64,000 nucleotides of DNA, from the NCBI GenBank assembly GCA_027491115.1, contig JAIXWV010000037.1, positions 3,048 through 67,047 on the forward strand. The letters run 5' to 3'. Under the pieces are notes generated by a model that saw nothing but the letters and a program-made list of their open reading frames with translations, did not search any database and was not told the origin of the DNA. This stretch comes from Pseudomonadota bacterium (GTDB lineage Bacteria; Bdellovibrionota; UBA1018; CAIMNF01). The translations under genes and the position numbers were made by a program. Below are positions 46,599-55,400 of this stretch, piece by piece; positions within the stretch are counted from its first letter, which is position 1; the number at the start of each line of letters is the position of its first letter.

Positions 46599-47944
46599 CC
46601 GCGAGGTCTCACAAAGCTGAGAATCCCCAGCCAGGAAAGGGTGGTTCCAAGACCTGAATGTTTGCGCCCGGCCCATGGCAGATAGGGGCTGACCCGGTCA
46701 CAACAGTTCAGATAGGAGGTCCCGGTGTTGATCCGGCTGAGTATTGTACGTCCCCGGCTTTCATTCCGCGAGTAGACTGCGGCGGTGAGTCCGTATTCGC
46801 AATCTTGCATCAGACCGATCGCCTCCTCGTCATTCCGGACCTTCATGACTCCGATCACCGGACCGAAGCTTTCTTCCATCATGATCCTCATGGAGTGATC
46901 GACATTCACCACCACTGTCGGCTCGTAGTAGGCACCCGGTCCTGGAACACGCTTACCCCCGCAGAGGACTTTCGCTCCTTTTGTCAAAGCATCCGAGATC
47001 TGTGTCTCAAGGAACTCCAGCTGTGCCGGCCGGGTCAACGATCCTTGCTGGATTCCCGGTTCCATCGGATTCCCGACTTTCAGAGTCCGCACCTCGGACT
47101 CGAACTCCTTTATGAACTCGTCGTAAATTCGCTCGTGCACATAAACACGCTCGACCGCACAACAACTCTGCCCGTTGTTGTAAAAGCATCCTTCGGCCAC
47201 AGCAACGGCGACTTTCTTGAGATCATCCACCTCGTCAGTGACATAAAGCGGATCCTTGCCCCCGAGTTCAAGCCCTACCGGTACCAACTTCGAAGCCACA
47301 CGCTCGGCGATGTGTTTACCGGTCCGGTAACTCCCGGTGAAAAAGTAGCCGTCCAGCGGGAGATCGAGCAATGCTTCGCCCGCAACCCGATCACCCACCA
47401 CCGGGACAAAAACGTCCTCGGGGACGCCGGCTTCATGAAGGAGTCTCGCAATATGAAGTCCGGTCAACGTTGCGAACTCGGAGGGTTTGTAAAGGACCGC
47501 ATTTCCTGCAATCAGTGCTGGAACATAAACGTTGACCCCTACGTGATAGGGATAGTTCCAGGCTGAGATGTTGGCAATGATCCCGAGCGGATCGAGGCTC
47601 AACTCCTCTCGCGTGTTCCCGTCCGTCCTGATGGCCTGGGGTTGGAGCCACTTAGAGGCTTGTTCGAGGAAAAAGCGGATACGCCCCCGTGCTCCTTGAA
47701 CCTCGTTTTTCGATTCCTGCAGGGGTTTACCGACTTCAAGGGACAGATCCTTGGCGAGAAGGTCCGAGTCCCGATCGAGTAGATCGTGATAGCGTCGGAT
47801 CACCGTCAGTCGTTCTTCGAGGCTCTTTGAGTTCCAGGCGGGCTGCGCGGATTTCGCACGCGTCCAAGCGCCATGGATCTCGACCGGAGTGGTTTCGTGG
47901 ACTTCTTTGATCAAACCGCCTGTTGCGGGATTGAAGATCTTCAT
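46577..47944 (-). CDS. NAD(P)-dependent aldehyde dehydrogenase
   Basis: ELGGKDP (catalytic Glu) and NNGQSCCAVERVYV (catalytic Cys). 455 aa. The ATG overlaps the upstream stop (ATGA). Confidence 0.9.
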   Translation of the reverse strand: MKIFNPATGGLIKEVHETTPVEIHGAWTRAKSAQPAWNSKSLEERLTVIRRYHDLLDRDSDLLAKDLSLEVGKPLQESKNEVQGARGRIRFFLEQASKWLQPQAIRTDGNTREELSLDPLGIIANISAWNYPYHVGVNVYVPALIAGNAVLYKPSEFATLTGLHIARLLHEAGVPEDVFVPVVGDRVAGEALLDLPLDGYFFTGSYRTGKHIAERVASKLVPVGLELGGKDPLYVTDEVDDLKKVAVAVAEGCFYNNGQSCCAVERVYVHERIYDEFIKEFESEVRTLKVGNPMEPGIQQGSLTRPAQLEFLETQISDALTKGAKVLCGGKRVPGPGAYYEPTVVVNVDHSMRIMMEESFGPVIGVMKVRNDEEAIGLMQDCEYGLTAAVYSRNESRGRTILSRINTGTSYLNCCDRVSPYLPWAGRKHSGLGTTLSWLGILSFVRPRGWHLRTP

Positions 47945-48687
47945 ACTGATATCTCCTTCAAAAAACGGTCAAGCAATGGTTCGGGACTGATCACCCTGTC
48001 TCCCAAAGTATGTGAGAACTCCGGATGCCACTGTACTCCCTGAAACCATACCGGCTCCGGGCCCTCGTAGTGGAACGCCTCGATGAGTTTGTCTTCGGAA
48101 CAGTGGGCATCGACCTTCAAATGACGACCCAAGGTCTTCACCCCTTGGTGGTGGACGCTGTTCACGTGTAAGCGGTCTTTCATGTAGATCTGTGATAAAA
48201 GACTTCCCTCGGTGCAGCGGACCTCGTGACTGACCCGATCGTAAGTCTCTGCATTCCGATGTTCGACAGACGTTCCTGTTTCGACTTTCAGGTCCTGGTA
48301 CAGAGTACCGCCGAAGTACACATTCATGAGTTGAAAGCCCCGGCAAATCGCAAGCACCGGTTTCCGGTTCTTGAAGGCCCAGTCCATGAGGGTGAGCTCA
48401 TAACGGTCGCGATGGGGATCACCCGGCCAACGACCGTTCTCGATCGCTGTTTCGCCGTAGGTCCCGGGGGCGATGTCAGCGCCTCCTTGGAACACGAATC
48501 CGTCCATCATTTCGAGATAAGGGTAGAGACGGTCCGGGGACAGGTCTGGAATCAGGATCGGCATCACCCCCGGTCTTGCCAACCATCGGCTCATGTCATG
48601 TTCGAAATAAGAGAGCTGTTTGTGACCGAAAACCGTCCTTGCCGGGTCAGGGTACATGAAGCAGGCCGAGACACCGATCCGGATCAT
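47941..48687 (-). CDS. Class I glutamine amidotransferase-like gamma-glutamyl amidohydrolase (PuuD / peptidase C26 family)
   Basis: Nucleophile elbow ICRGFQLMN and the His context GVQWHPE. The ATG at 48687 overlaps the ADH stop (ATGA). The longer track ORF from 48756 is probably an artefact. Confidence 0.85.
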   Translation of the reverse strand: MIRIGVSACFMYPDPARTVFGHKQLSYFEHDMSRWLARPGVMPILIPDLSPDRLYPYLEMMDGFVFQGGADIAPGTYGETAIENGRWPGDPHRDRYELTLMDWAFKNRKPVLAICRGFQLMNVYFGGTLYQDLKVETGTSVEHRNAETYDRVSHEVRCTEGSLLSQIYMKDRLHVNSVHHQGVKTLGRHLKVDAHCSEDKLIEAFHYEGPEPVWFQGVQWHPEFSHTLGDRVISPEPLLDRFLKEISV

Positions 48688-49841
48688 GCCAGGGCCTTCC
48701 GGTAGAGGGAGGCGAAATCGGCTTGGGTCACGGTCCGTTCGTTCGATCCGTGGCATGGATCAGCGATGGCCAGTGCGGAGAGTTTTTCCACATGATCGTG
48801 AGTCACACCCAAAAGACTCAAGGAAGCGGGAATTCCGAGTTTGGCATTCATTTCATGAAGCCAATTGACGAAGCCTTCGGCCGACTCGTTCTCAAGACCG
48901 ATGGTTTTTGCGATGGTCTTCATCCGCGGACCCGAGACCGGTGCGTTGAACTCCATTCCGTACGGAATCATCACGGCGTTCGCGAGACCGTGGTGCATGT
49001 CCACCAAGGTGGACAAGGGATGAGCCAATGAGTGGACGATTCCGAGACCTTTTTGGAACGCGGTGGCGCCCATGAGAGCGCCCATCATCATTTTTGAGCG
49101 GGACTCGAGATCCGGTGCGTGGGTGGCGCACTCGAGTGAGTCAGCGATGAGTCGGATCCCTTCCAGGGCCACACCGTCGCACAACGGGGAGAATCCTTTA
49201 GCAAGGTAGGCCTCCACACAGTGGGTCAGTGCGTCCATTCCGGTGGTTGCCGTCACCATTGCGGGGAGTGCCATGGTCAGGGCGGGATCCGCAAACACTT
49301 TGCGGGCCATCAGCCTGGGGGAGAACAGGATTTTCTTCTCGTGAGTCACATCATCAGCGATTACGGTGGAGCGCCCGACCTCGGAACCGGTTCCGGAGGT
49401 GGTGGGGACCGTCACGAAGTACGGTACGGGTTCGGTCACATGACGATCACCACCGATGGCATCGTCATAGGCGAACAGATCGAGCGGATGATGCACTTTG
49501 AGAGCGATGGCACGGGCCACGTCCATGGAAGCACCGCCCCCGAAGCCCACGATGCAGTCGCAGCCCGCAGAGTGATAGAGATCCACCCCCTTCAGTACGT
49601 TGGATTTGACAGGGTTCTTTGCGATCTCAGAGAAAGCGGTGACTTCAAGTCCGGCGTTCTTGATGAGTGAAGAGACTTGCTCGAAGACGGGCAACCTGAC
49701 GAGGCCTGGGTCGGAAACCAAAAGAACATGTTTCAGTTTTTCCTGGGATAAGTGCGGCCCGAGTTCGTCGATTACCCCGTTACCGAAGCGGATCGAAGTC
49801 GGGAAATTGAAATTCATTCTCTGATTGAAGTCGTAAGGCAT
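48684..49841 (-). CDS. Iron-containing (group III) alcohol dehydrogenase
   Basis: The ATG at 49841 is preceded by GAGGAG. Motifs are GFGGGASMDVARAIA and the metal His cluster (HSLAHPLS...DMHHGLANA). The 104-codon upstream extension in the track overlaps the GS-like gene. Confidence 0.88.
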   Translation of the reverse strand: MPYDFNQRMNFNFPTSIRFGNGVIDELGPHLSQEKLKHVLLVSDPGLVRLPVFEQVSSLIKNAGLEVTAFSEIAKNPVKSNVLKGVDLYHSAGCDCIVGFGGGASMDVARAIALKVHHPLDLFAYDDAIGGDRHVTEPVPYFVTVPTTSGTGSEVGRSTVIADDVTHEKKILFSPRLMARKVFADPALTMALPAMVTATTGMDALTHCVEAYLAKGFSPLCDGVALEGIRLIADSLECATHAPDLESRSKMMMGALMGATAFQKGLGIVHSLAHPLSTLVDMHHGLANAVMIPYGMEFNAPVSGPRMKTIAKTIGLENESAEGFVNWLHEMNAKLGIPASLSLLGVTHDHVEKLSALAIADPCHGSNERTVTQADFASLYRKALA

Positions 49842-49851
49842 GGTGTTCTCC

Positions 49852-51192
49852 TCAAATGATTTCGAAGTAGCGTTTGTATTCCCAATCGGTGACGGCTTTG
49901 GCGTGTTGACGCCATTCCCACTCCCGGGTACCTGCAAAATGCTTAACAAAGGTCTCGCCGAAGAGTTCTTTGGCGATTTCCGAGTTCTTGAAGCGAGCGG
50001 TGGCCTCCCAGAGGTTTGGCGGGAGAACCCCGTTCGATGTATTCCGGTATCCGTTGCCCTCTGTGGCAGGGACGTTGAGTTTGAGGCCCTTTTTGATCCC
50101 GTACAGGCCAGATGCGAGTGATGCGGCGTGGGCGAGGTAAGGATTGGCGTCACTGCCGACCACTCTCAATTCGATGCGTGTGGACTTAGATCCACCCGGA
50201 AGTGCACGAATCGCTACGGTCCGGTTGTCGATCCCCCAGGTGAGGGTGGTGGGTGCCCAGGCTCCCTCGACCAACCGCTTGTAAGAATTGATCGTCGGAG
50301 CATAAAGAGGAAGGATCTCCGGCATGCAGTGAAGCAGGCCCGCCAAGTAACTTTCCATGAGTGGGCTCATTTTGTTCCGGCCTTTTTCATCGAAGAAAAG
50401 GTTGGTCTTCCCGTCAGACAGGCTTTGGTGAAGGTGGCCCGAGCATCCCGGGAGTTTGTCACTGATTTTTGCCATGAAGGTTGGCATGATACCGTGCTTG
50501 AGGCCGATTTCCTTCGCCCCTGACTTGAACAGGACCGCTCGGTCAGCTGATTCGAGAACATCAGCGTAGAGAATCGCAGCTTCGAGAACACCCGGACCGG
50601 TTTCCGTGTGAAGTCCTTCCAGCGGGACACCGAACTGGAACATGAGATCGTAGAGATCGTTCAGGAAGTCGGAATTGCGGGACATCCGGAGCAACGAATA
50701 GCCGAACATCCCTGGTGTGAGTGGCGTCGGATCACTGAAGTTCCTGTCATGGAGGGCCTCCGGGGTTTCACGGAAGTTGAACCATTCGAACTCCTGTCCG
50801 AAATTTGCATGGAAACCGGCTTCCTCTGCTTTGGCTCTGGTTTTTTTCAATAGGTTGCGCGGACAGATCTCGAGATCGAAATCTCCGAGGAAAAACGGGA
50901 CGTCCTCGTCCCAGGGGACTTTTCTGAAAGACTGTGGATCGAGCCGGGCGATCGCATCTGGGTAACCGGTATGCCACCCGGTGTAGTCCATCCCCTCGTA
51001 AGCCACATCACCCGAATCCCAGCCGAAGACGACATTGCAGAATCCGAATCCACCCTCGAGGCTTCCAACGAACTTGTCTTTATGTAGATACTTTCCACGT
51101 AAAATTCCATCGATGTCAGTGATGGCCACTTTTACCTTGGGGTTGGCCGAGGTGTTCACCTCTTCCAGAATCCGTTCTTTGCTGAGTTTCAT
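49852..51192 (-). CDS. Glutamine synthetase-family gamma-glutamyl-amine ligase (PuuA/GlnA4-like)
   Basis: The ATG at 51192 is preceded by AGGAGG and overlaps the permease stop (ATGA). The GS catalytic region carries GLHTETGPGVLEAAI and the protein is 446 aa. I saw no GlnA-type adenylylation loop. Confidence 0.85.
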   Translation of the reverse strand: MKLSKERILEEVNTSANPKVKVAITDIDGILRGKYLHKDKFVGSLEGGFGFCNVVFGWDSGDVAYEGMDYTGWHTGYPDAIARLDPQSFRKVPWDEDVPFFLGDFDLEICPRNLLKKTRAKAEEAGFHANFGQEFEWFNFRETPEALHDRNFSDPTPLTPGMFGYSLLRMSRNSDFLNDLYDLMFQFGVPLEGLHTETGPGVLEAAILYADVLESADRAVLFKSGAKEIGLKHGIMPTFMAKISDKLPGCSGHLHQSLSDGKTNLFFDEKGRNKMSPLMESYLAGLLHCMPEILPLYAPTINSYKRLVEGAWAPTTLTWGIDNRTVAIRALPGGSKSTRIELRVVGSDANPYLAHAASLASGLYGIKKGLKLNVPATEGNGYRNTSNGVLPPNLWEATARFKNSEIAKELFGETFVKHFAGTREWEWRQHAKAVTDWEYKRYFEII

Positions 51193-52526
51193 GATTCCTC
51201 CTTGGTGGCTGAAATACGGGTACGTGAATAGAACCAAATCGATCCTGTGGCCAGCATGGCAAGGTAGATCATGCCCGGCTTAGGATTGAAGTAGAACATG
51301 GAAATGAGACTGATGATGGCAATCCCAAGGGCCACGGCTTGAGTTAACGGGTACCCGGGTGCGAGAAAGGGACGATGGAGTGCTGGTTCCTTTTTCCTGA
51401 GCCTGAAGAAAGATGCGAGTGAATTGATATAAAGAGTGATTGCGCCGAAGCAGGCGATGGTGATCAGTTCCGAGGTTTTACCCGAAAGCAAAGCAACGAT
51501 TCCGATAATTCCGTTCAACACCAGTGCGGACGCCGGGGTTTTCAGTCTTGAATGCGGAAGACCTAGGAAGCGAGGCAGATGTCCTTTCCGTCCCAGTTCG
51601 AAGGTGACTCTTCCTGCGGCCAGGATGAGACCGTGAAAAGAGGCGATCAATCCGAAAAGGCCAACGGTCAGGAGAAGGTGGTACAGGAGGTGGTCCTTAC
51701 CCATGATTTTTGAAAGGGCGAGGGGCAAGGGGGAGTCGGAAGTTTCGGGGAGGCCTTGTACTGGGTAAACAATCGCTTCCCATCCGGCAACCCCGACGGA
51801 TGAGGTGAAGGTCAGTGCACACAGGATGACCAGCGTGGCGATCGAGCTTCCGAAGCCGAGGAGGATGTTCCGTCCCGGATCGACTGTTTCTTCAGCGACA
51901 TTGGCGACACCCTCGATTCCTAGGAAAAACCAGATCGCGAAAGGGATCGCCGCGAACACGCCCGTCCAACCGTGGGGGAGCGCATTTAGGGTCAGGTTGG
52001 CTGGATCGAGGTGGGGGAGAGTGACTCCTGCGAAGATCAGAAGTTCGATCACTGCAAAAACGGTGATGAACAGCTCGAAGCGGGCTGCGGCCCGGACTCC
52101 GAGCAGATTGAGAACCGTGAAGACCAGAAATGCTGCAGCGGCGATGGTGAGGACTGGAAGCGCGGGAAAAAACTCGTGGAAATAAGCACCGATGGCGAAC
52201 GCGATCGCCGGTGGAGCGAACAGGAATTCTATCCACTGTGCGGTTCCGGTCAGAATACCCACCCCACTACCGAAGGCACGCTGAGCATAATCGAACGCAC
52301 CGCCTGCTTGAGGCATCGCACAGGCAAGCTCGGCATAAGCGAATACGAAAAACACGTACATGAGGGCGATGAACAGAGTGGCCACAGCGAGCCCGAGGCT
52401 ACCCCCGGCCGGAAGTCCCAGATTCCATCCAAAATACATTCCAGAAATGACGTATCCAACGCCAAGACCCCAGAGCATGAGCGGTCCGAGAGATCGTTCG
52501 AGAGTTGCATCAGTCATTTGTTTCAT
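51189..52526 (-). CDS. APC-superfamily amino acid/amine permease, ethanolamine-permease-like
   Basis: 12 TM helices. The N-terminus LERSLGPLMLWGLGVGYVISGMYFGWNLGL...AELACAMPQAGGAFDYAQRAFG closely resembles the ethanolamine permease (Eat) subfamily signature as I recall it. Confidence 0.8.
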   Translation of the reverse strand: MKQMTDATLERSLGPLMLWGLGVGYVISGMYFGWNLGLPAGGSLGLAVATLFIALMYVFFVFAYAELACAMPQAGGAFDYAQRAFGSGVGILTGTAQWIEFLFAPPAIAFAIGAYFHEFFPALPVLTIAAAAFLVFTVLNLLGVRAAARFELFITVFAVIELLIFAGVTLPHLDPANLTLNALPHGWTGVFAAIPFAIWFFLGIEGVANVAEETVDPGRNILLGFGSSIATLVILCALTFTSSVGVAGWEAIVYPVQGLPETSDSPLPLALSKIMGKDHLLYHLLLTVGLFGLIASFHGLILAAGRVTFELGRKGHLPRFLGLPHSRLKTPASALVLNGIIGIVALLSGKTSELITIACFGAITLYINSLASFFRLRKKEPALHRPFLAPGYPLTQAVALGIAIISLISMFYFNPKPGMIYLAMLATGSIWFYSRTRISATKEES

Positions 52527-52605
52527 GGCGCTTTCGGCTCATGCTACCGGACTGCGGGTAGTGGAACAAGGAATGACCTTGGACGGGTTGCGTCAGGATC
52601 TGGAA

Positions 52606-52899
52606 TCACTTCTTGGGCGTCGCGACGAGGGCTGCGGCCGATTCGAGGATTTTCCTGTAAATGTCTGGGAAGTGGGTAGACCGTCGGTTCCATTCCTCAT
52701 CCGAATTCTGAAGAGTTTGGTTCAGTAAGGCCTGGTTTTTTACCCGGAGTTGTTCATTCTCCGCCAGAGAGGCCTCGATGTTCCTGAGTTTGTTCTCGAG
52801 CTGTTCGAGCTCCACTTCCATTTCGCCCTTCTGGGTCTCGAGTTGTTTGACTTGATCGACCACCGCGTCTTGGGTGATCAGGATGGCTTTCAAGCTCAT
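52606..52899 (-). CDS. Small coiled-coil protein (ZapB-like in character only)
   Basis: 97 aa with heptad-rich QVKQLETQKGEMEVELEQLENKLRNIEASLAENEQLRVKNQALL. ATGA overlap with the upstream gene. Confidence 0.5.
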   Translation of the reverse strand: MSLKAILITQDAVVDQVKQLETQKGEMEVELEQLENKLRNIEASLAENEQLRVKNQALLNQTLQNSDEEWNRRSTHFPDIYRKILESAAALVATPKK

Positions 52900-53498
52900 A
52901 CCTGGATGTCTCCGAATCCCGTTTTGATGGCCTCGCGAGCGGCCTTCACTTTTTCGGAATGATCCGAGTCCGTGGCAGATGTGATTTGTTGGATTTTCAT
53001 CCTGTCCTCTTGAACCCTGACAGTCTGGCTCAGGATGCGAAGCTTTTCCTTGAGGATTTTGTTCTCGAGAATGAGTCGGTGGGCGTTGTCCTCGTCCCCG
53101 CCCAGTTCATCAATGCGTTTCTTCACCGATTCAATCTGTTCGTGGAGTCCGTACAAATCGTCCTCCAGCTTGAGGCGGTCCCCGACTTGTCTCAACTTGA
53201 ATCCACCCAGGCGCGAGAACAGCAAGCCGATTTCAGGATAATCGCAAAGCCCTCTGACTTTTCCGATCCAGTAGATCTTCTGGCGGGTCAATTTCTGAAC
53301 GGCCTTTTTCAGCTCGATCAGATTCTTAGTGTAAGCCTCATCAAACGGTGCCCGGGTCAGGTTCACCACCAATGAGCTCGGAGTGTTTTTCACGAGGCTC
53401 TCGAGACCGATGGCGAGTAGTCGGAATTGTGCAGCCTCGATACGCCCTCGGATCGTGAATGAGCCGATGCCTTCAAACTGCTCATACTTTAGCTTCAT
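52896..53498 (-). CDS. STAS-like N-terminal domain fused to a coiled coil, hypothetical
   Basis: Strong Shine-Dalgarno GGAGGTG 5 nt upstream of the ATG. The N-terminus SFTIRGRIEAAQFRLLAIGLESL...LVVNLTRAPFDE has an anti-sigma-antagonist-like pattern. The C-terminal 90 aa are heptad-rich. Confidence 0.5.
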   Translation of the reverse strand: MKLKYEQFEGIGSFTIRGRIEAAQFRLLAIGLESLVKNTPSSLVVNLTRAPFDEAYTKNLIELKKAVQKLTRQKIYWIGKVRGLCDYPEIGLLFSRLGGFKLRQVGDRLKLEDDLYGLHEQIESVKKRIDELGGDEDNAHRLILENKILKEKLRILSQTVRVQEDRMKIQQITSATDSDHSEKVKAAREAIKTGFGDIQV

Positions 53499-54501
53499 TT
53501 TTCACCTCCGCTGTCAGCAGAAGATCCAGGAATGAAAGTTCGGGAAGCACCTGGCCGATCGAACCGTCTCCCTTGAAGTCCGATCCTTTCACGTGTTCCT
53601 TCAGCGCGGTTGCGAGCATTCCCATCGCGCAAAGATCATGAACATCCCGGTTGCCGCTCATCCATCCCAAGAAGGGGGCGCCCCAGATCGACATGGCACG
53701 ATCGAGAGGGGTGAATTCAGGCACCATCTGCGCAAGAAAAGAAGCGATCAGTCCGCAATGGGTTCCAAAAGTCTGTCTTTCCATGGCGAGCCTCACTGGC
53801 TCGGAGTGCTTCAGTGATGAGAGTTTTTTGTAGAATTCGAGTGACTCGCCCGGCTTGAGAAGGATCAATGACACTTGGGCGAGTTGCCTGAGATAGCAGG
53901 TGACCGGAACTTGCTTGTCGAGCGAGAGTTTTTTCTTGAATTTAGAGAGTTTCAAACTCAGCAATCCCTGTTCGGTAGCCCGGGTGAAAGCCTGGTTGAT
54001 GGGCTCATCCAGCTTGGTTCCGCCCAGGTTCAGTACCGGACTCCGATGCAGGAACAGCAGATAATCGAACATGAATCCGACAGCAAAAACGTGGTCTTTG
54101 TAACGGCTCTCTTCGCCGAACTGGTTCCTCGCCTCGTTAGCATATTTTAGAATTTCATTCGGCTTTCCAGGAAATTTTCCGGTGTTGAAGTCGAGTTCGA
54201 GTTCCTTGATCTTGAGAACCTGGTTCATCAGTCCGATCAAGAGCCAGTGGCGTGTCGCATTGGTGGTGAAAAAGCGGATGTGCTCTTCGAGTGGAACCTC
54301 GCGATCTTGCGGGTTCAAGGACTTGATCAAGGTTTGAAACGGTGGAATGAACTGGGGATGTCGGTTGAAGTTCGTGATCAGGTGGGAGACGCGGTCTTCG
54401 ACATTGTCAGGTTCGAAGAGCAGCGGTGCGACGTCGGTGGCGGCGAAGGGGCCGATGATCTTCTGGAACAGCTCCTCGATCAGCGGCAGAGCCTTACTCA
54501 C
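53482..54501 (-). CDS. Hypothetical alpha-helical protein (possibly a degenerate HDOD-like domain)
   Basis: 339 aa. The GTG start overlaps the psd stop (GTGA). The segment HVFAVGFMFDYLLFL only loosely recalls HDOD, so family assignment is weak. Confidence 0.5.
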   Translation of the reverse strand: MSKALPLIEELFQKIIGPFAATDVAPLLFEPDNVEDRVSHLITNFNRHPQFIPPFQTLIKSLNPQDREVPLEEHIRFFTTNATRHWLLIGLMNQVLKIKELELDFNTGKFPGKPNEILKYANEARNQFGEESRYKDHVFAVGFMFDYLLFLHRSPVLNLGGTKLDEPINQAFTRATEQGLLSLKLSKFKKKLSLDKQVPVTCYLRQLAQVSLILLKPGESLEFYKKLSSLKHSEPVRLAMERQTFGTHCGLIASFLAQMVPEFTPLDRAMSIWGAPFLGWMSGNRDVHDLCAMGMLATALKEHVKGSDFKGDGSIGQVLPELSFLDLLLTAEVKNEAKV

Positions 54502-55400
54502 GCGTCAGGGCGCTCACCCAACGCCTGTCCGAGTGGAACCCAGGTCTCCAGGTTCCGGGCGCTGTTCTCAACGAGATCCGGGCTGAGATTCAATTTTCCT
54601 TTTTGGACGAGCCAGATCACGGTGGAGCCTCCAAATAAAAAGTAACCTTTTTCGGCGCCACGGGCAAATTTTACAGGCATCGCATCCAGGGCAGAGTAGG
54701 CACTCTGGACGATCTTGCCGACTCCGAGTGCTCCGACTTCAATCATGGCGACCTTGCCGAAGGCCGGACTTTCCAGAATCGCTACTTGCCGCTCGTTCTT
54801 GAGGAATACTTTTGGTTCGGCTGCGAAAGCTGCCGGATTGACCGAGTGGTATTCGCCGGCGATTCGGTAATGTCGGATCAATTGCCCTTCGAACGGGAAA
54901 TGGAACCGGTGGTAGTCGACGGGGCAAAGTCGGGCGAGGATCAAGGACCCGCCTTCGAATTCTTTCGCAATTTCAACGTCCTGCAAGAGGATTCCGAGCT
55001 CGATCTCGATGCCTTTCACCGGGAATGTCTGTTTGGCTTTCAGGGATTGGAACACGAGGTAACGGGCTTCGGCCCCCGCACAGAAGGTTCCGGGATGAGA
55101 GACAAAGGGTCTCTTTCCTTCTTTGAATTTCCGAATGAAGAATTGATTGAAATTCGAATAGCCGGTGGTTTCGAACTGATCCATGTCGATTTCGTACTTC
55201 TTGATGAAATCGTCAATTTTCGAACGACTCAGGGGTGAGTCCTCGAAAACCCCGAAAATCCGGCTGACCCATTGTTTCGAAAACACATGCCGGGTCAGTA
55301 ATTTTCCGGGAAGGGTCTTGTATGCCCAATTCAGCCAGGCTTCACCGTAAACTTGCTCAGTTTCGACGCGTTGATGGGTTCGATGGTAATAGCGGATCAC
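54498..55400 (-). CDS. psd: Phosphatidylserine decarboxylase proenzyme
   Basis: RLCPVDYHRFHFP and the self-cleavage site FLFGGSTV. The GTG at 55400 is preceded by GGAGA and gives the typical VIRYYHR...ETEQVYGE N-terminus. The longer track ORF from 55559 overlaps the upstream gene extensively. Confidence 0.85.
   Translation of the reverse strand: MIRYYHRTHQRVETEQVYGEAWLNWAYKTLPGKLLTRHVFSKQWVSRIFGVFEDSPLSRSKIDDFIKKYEIDMDQFETTGYSNFNQFFIRKFKEGKRPFVSHPGTFCAGAEARYLVFQSLKAKQTFPVKGIEIELGILLQDVEIAKEFEGGSLILARLCPVDYHRFHFPFEGQLIRHYRIAGEYHSVNPAAFAAEPKVFLKNERQVAILESPAFGKVAMIEVGALGVGKIVQSAYSALDAMPVKFARGAEKGYFLFGGSTVIWLVQKGKLNLSPDLVENSARNLETWVPLGQALGERPDA

Noticed and set aside
49842-50153. 104-codon N-terminal extension of the Fe-ADH ORF. 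Similar upstream extensions occur in the GS-like (51193-51237), PuuD-like (48688-48756), psd (55401-55559), lipoprotein (40438-40605) and SOUL (22268-22288) ORFs.
   Set aside because: The extensions overlap the preceding gene and are low-complexity. Internal starts have good Shine-Dalgarno sequences or ATGA/GTGA coupling and restore family-typical N-termini or signal peptides.
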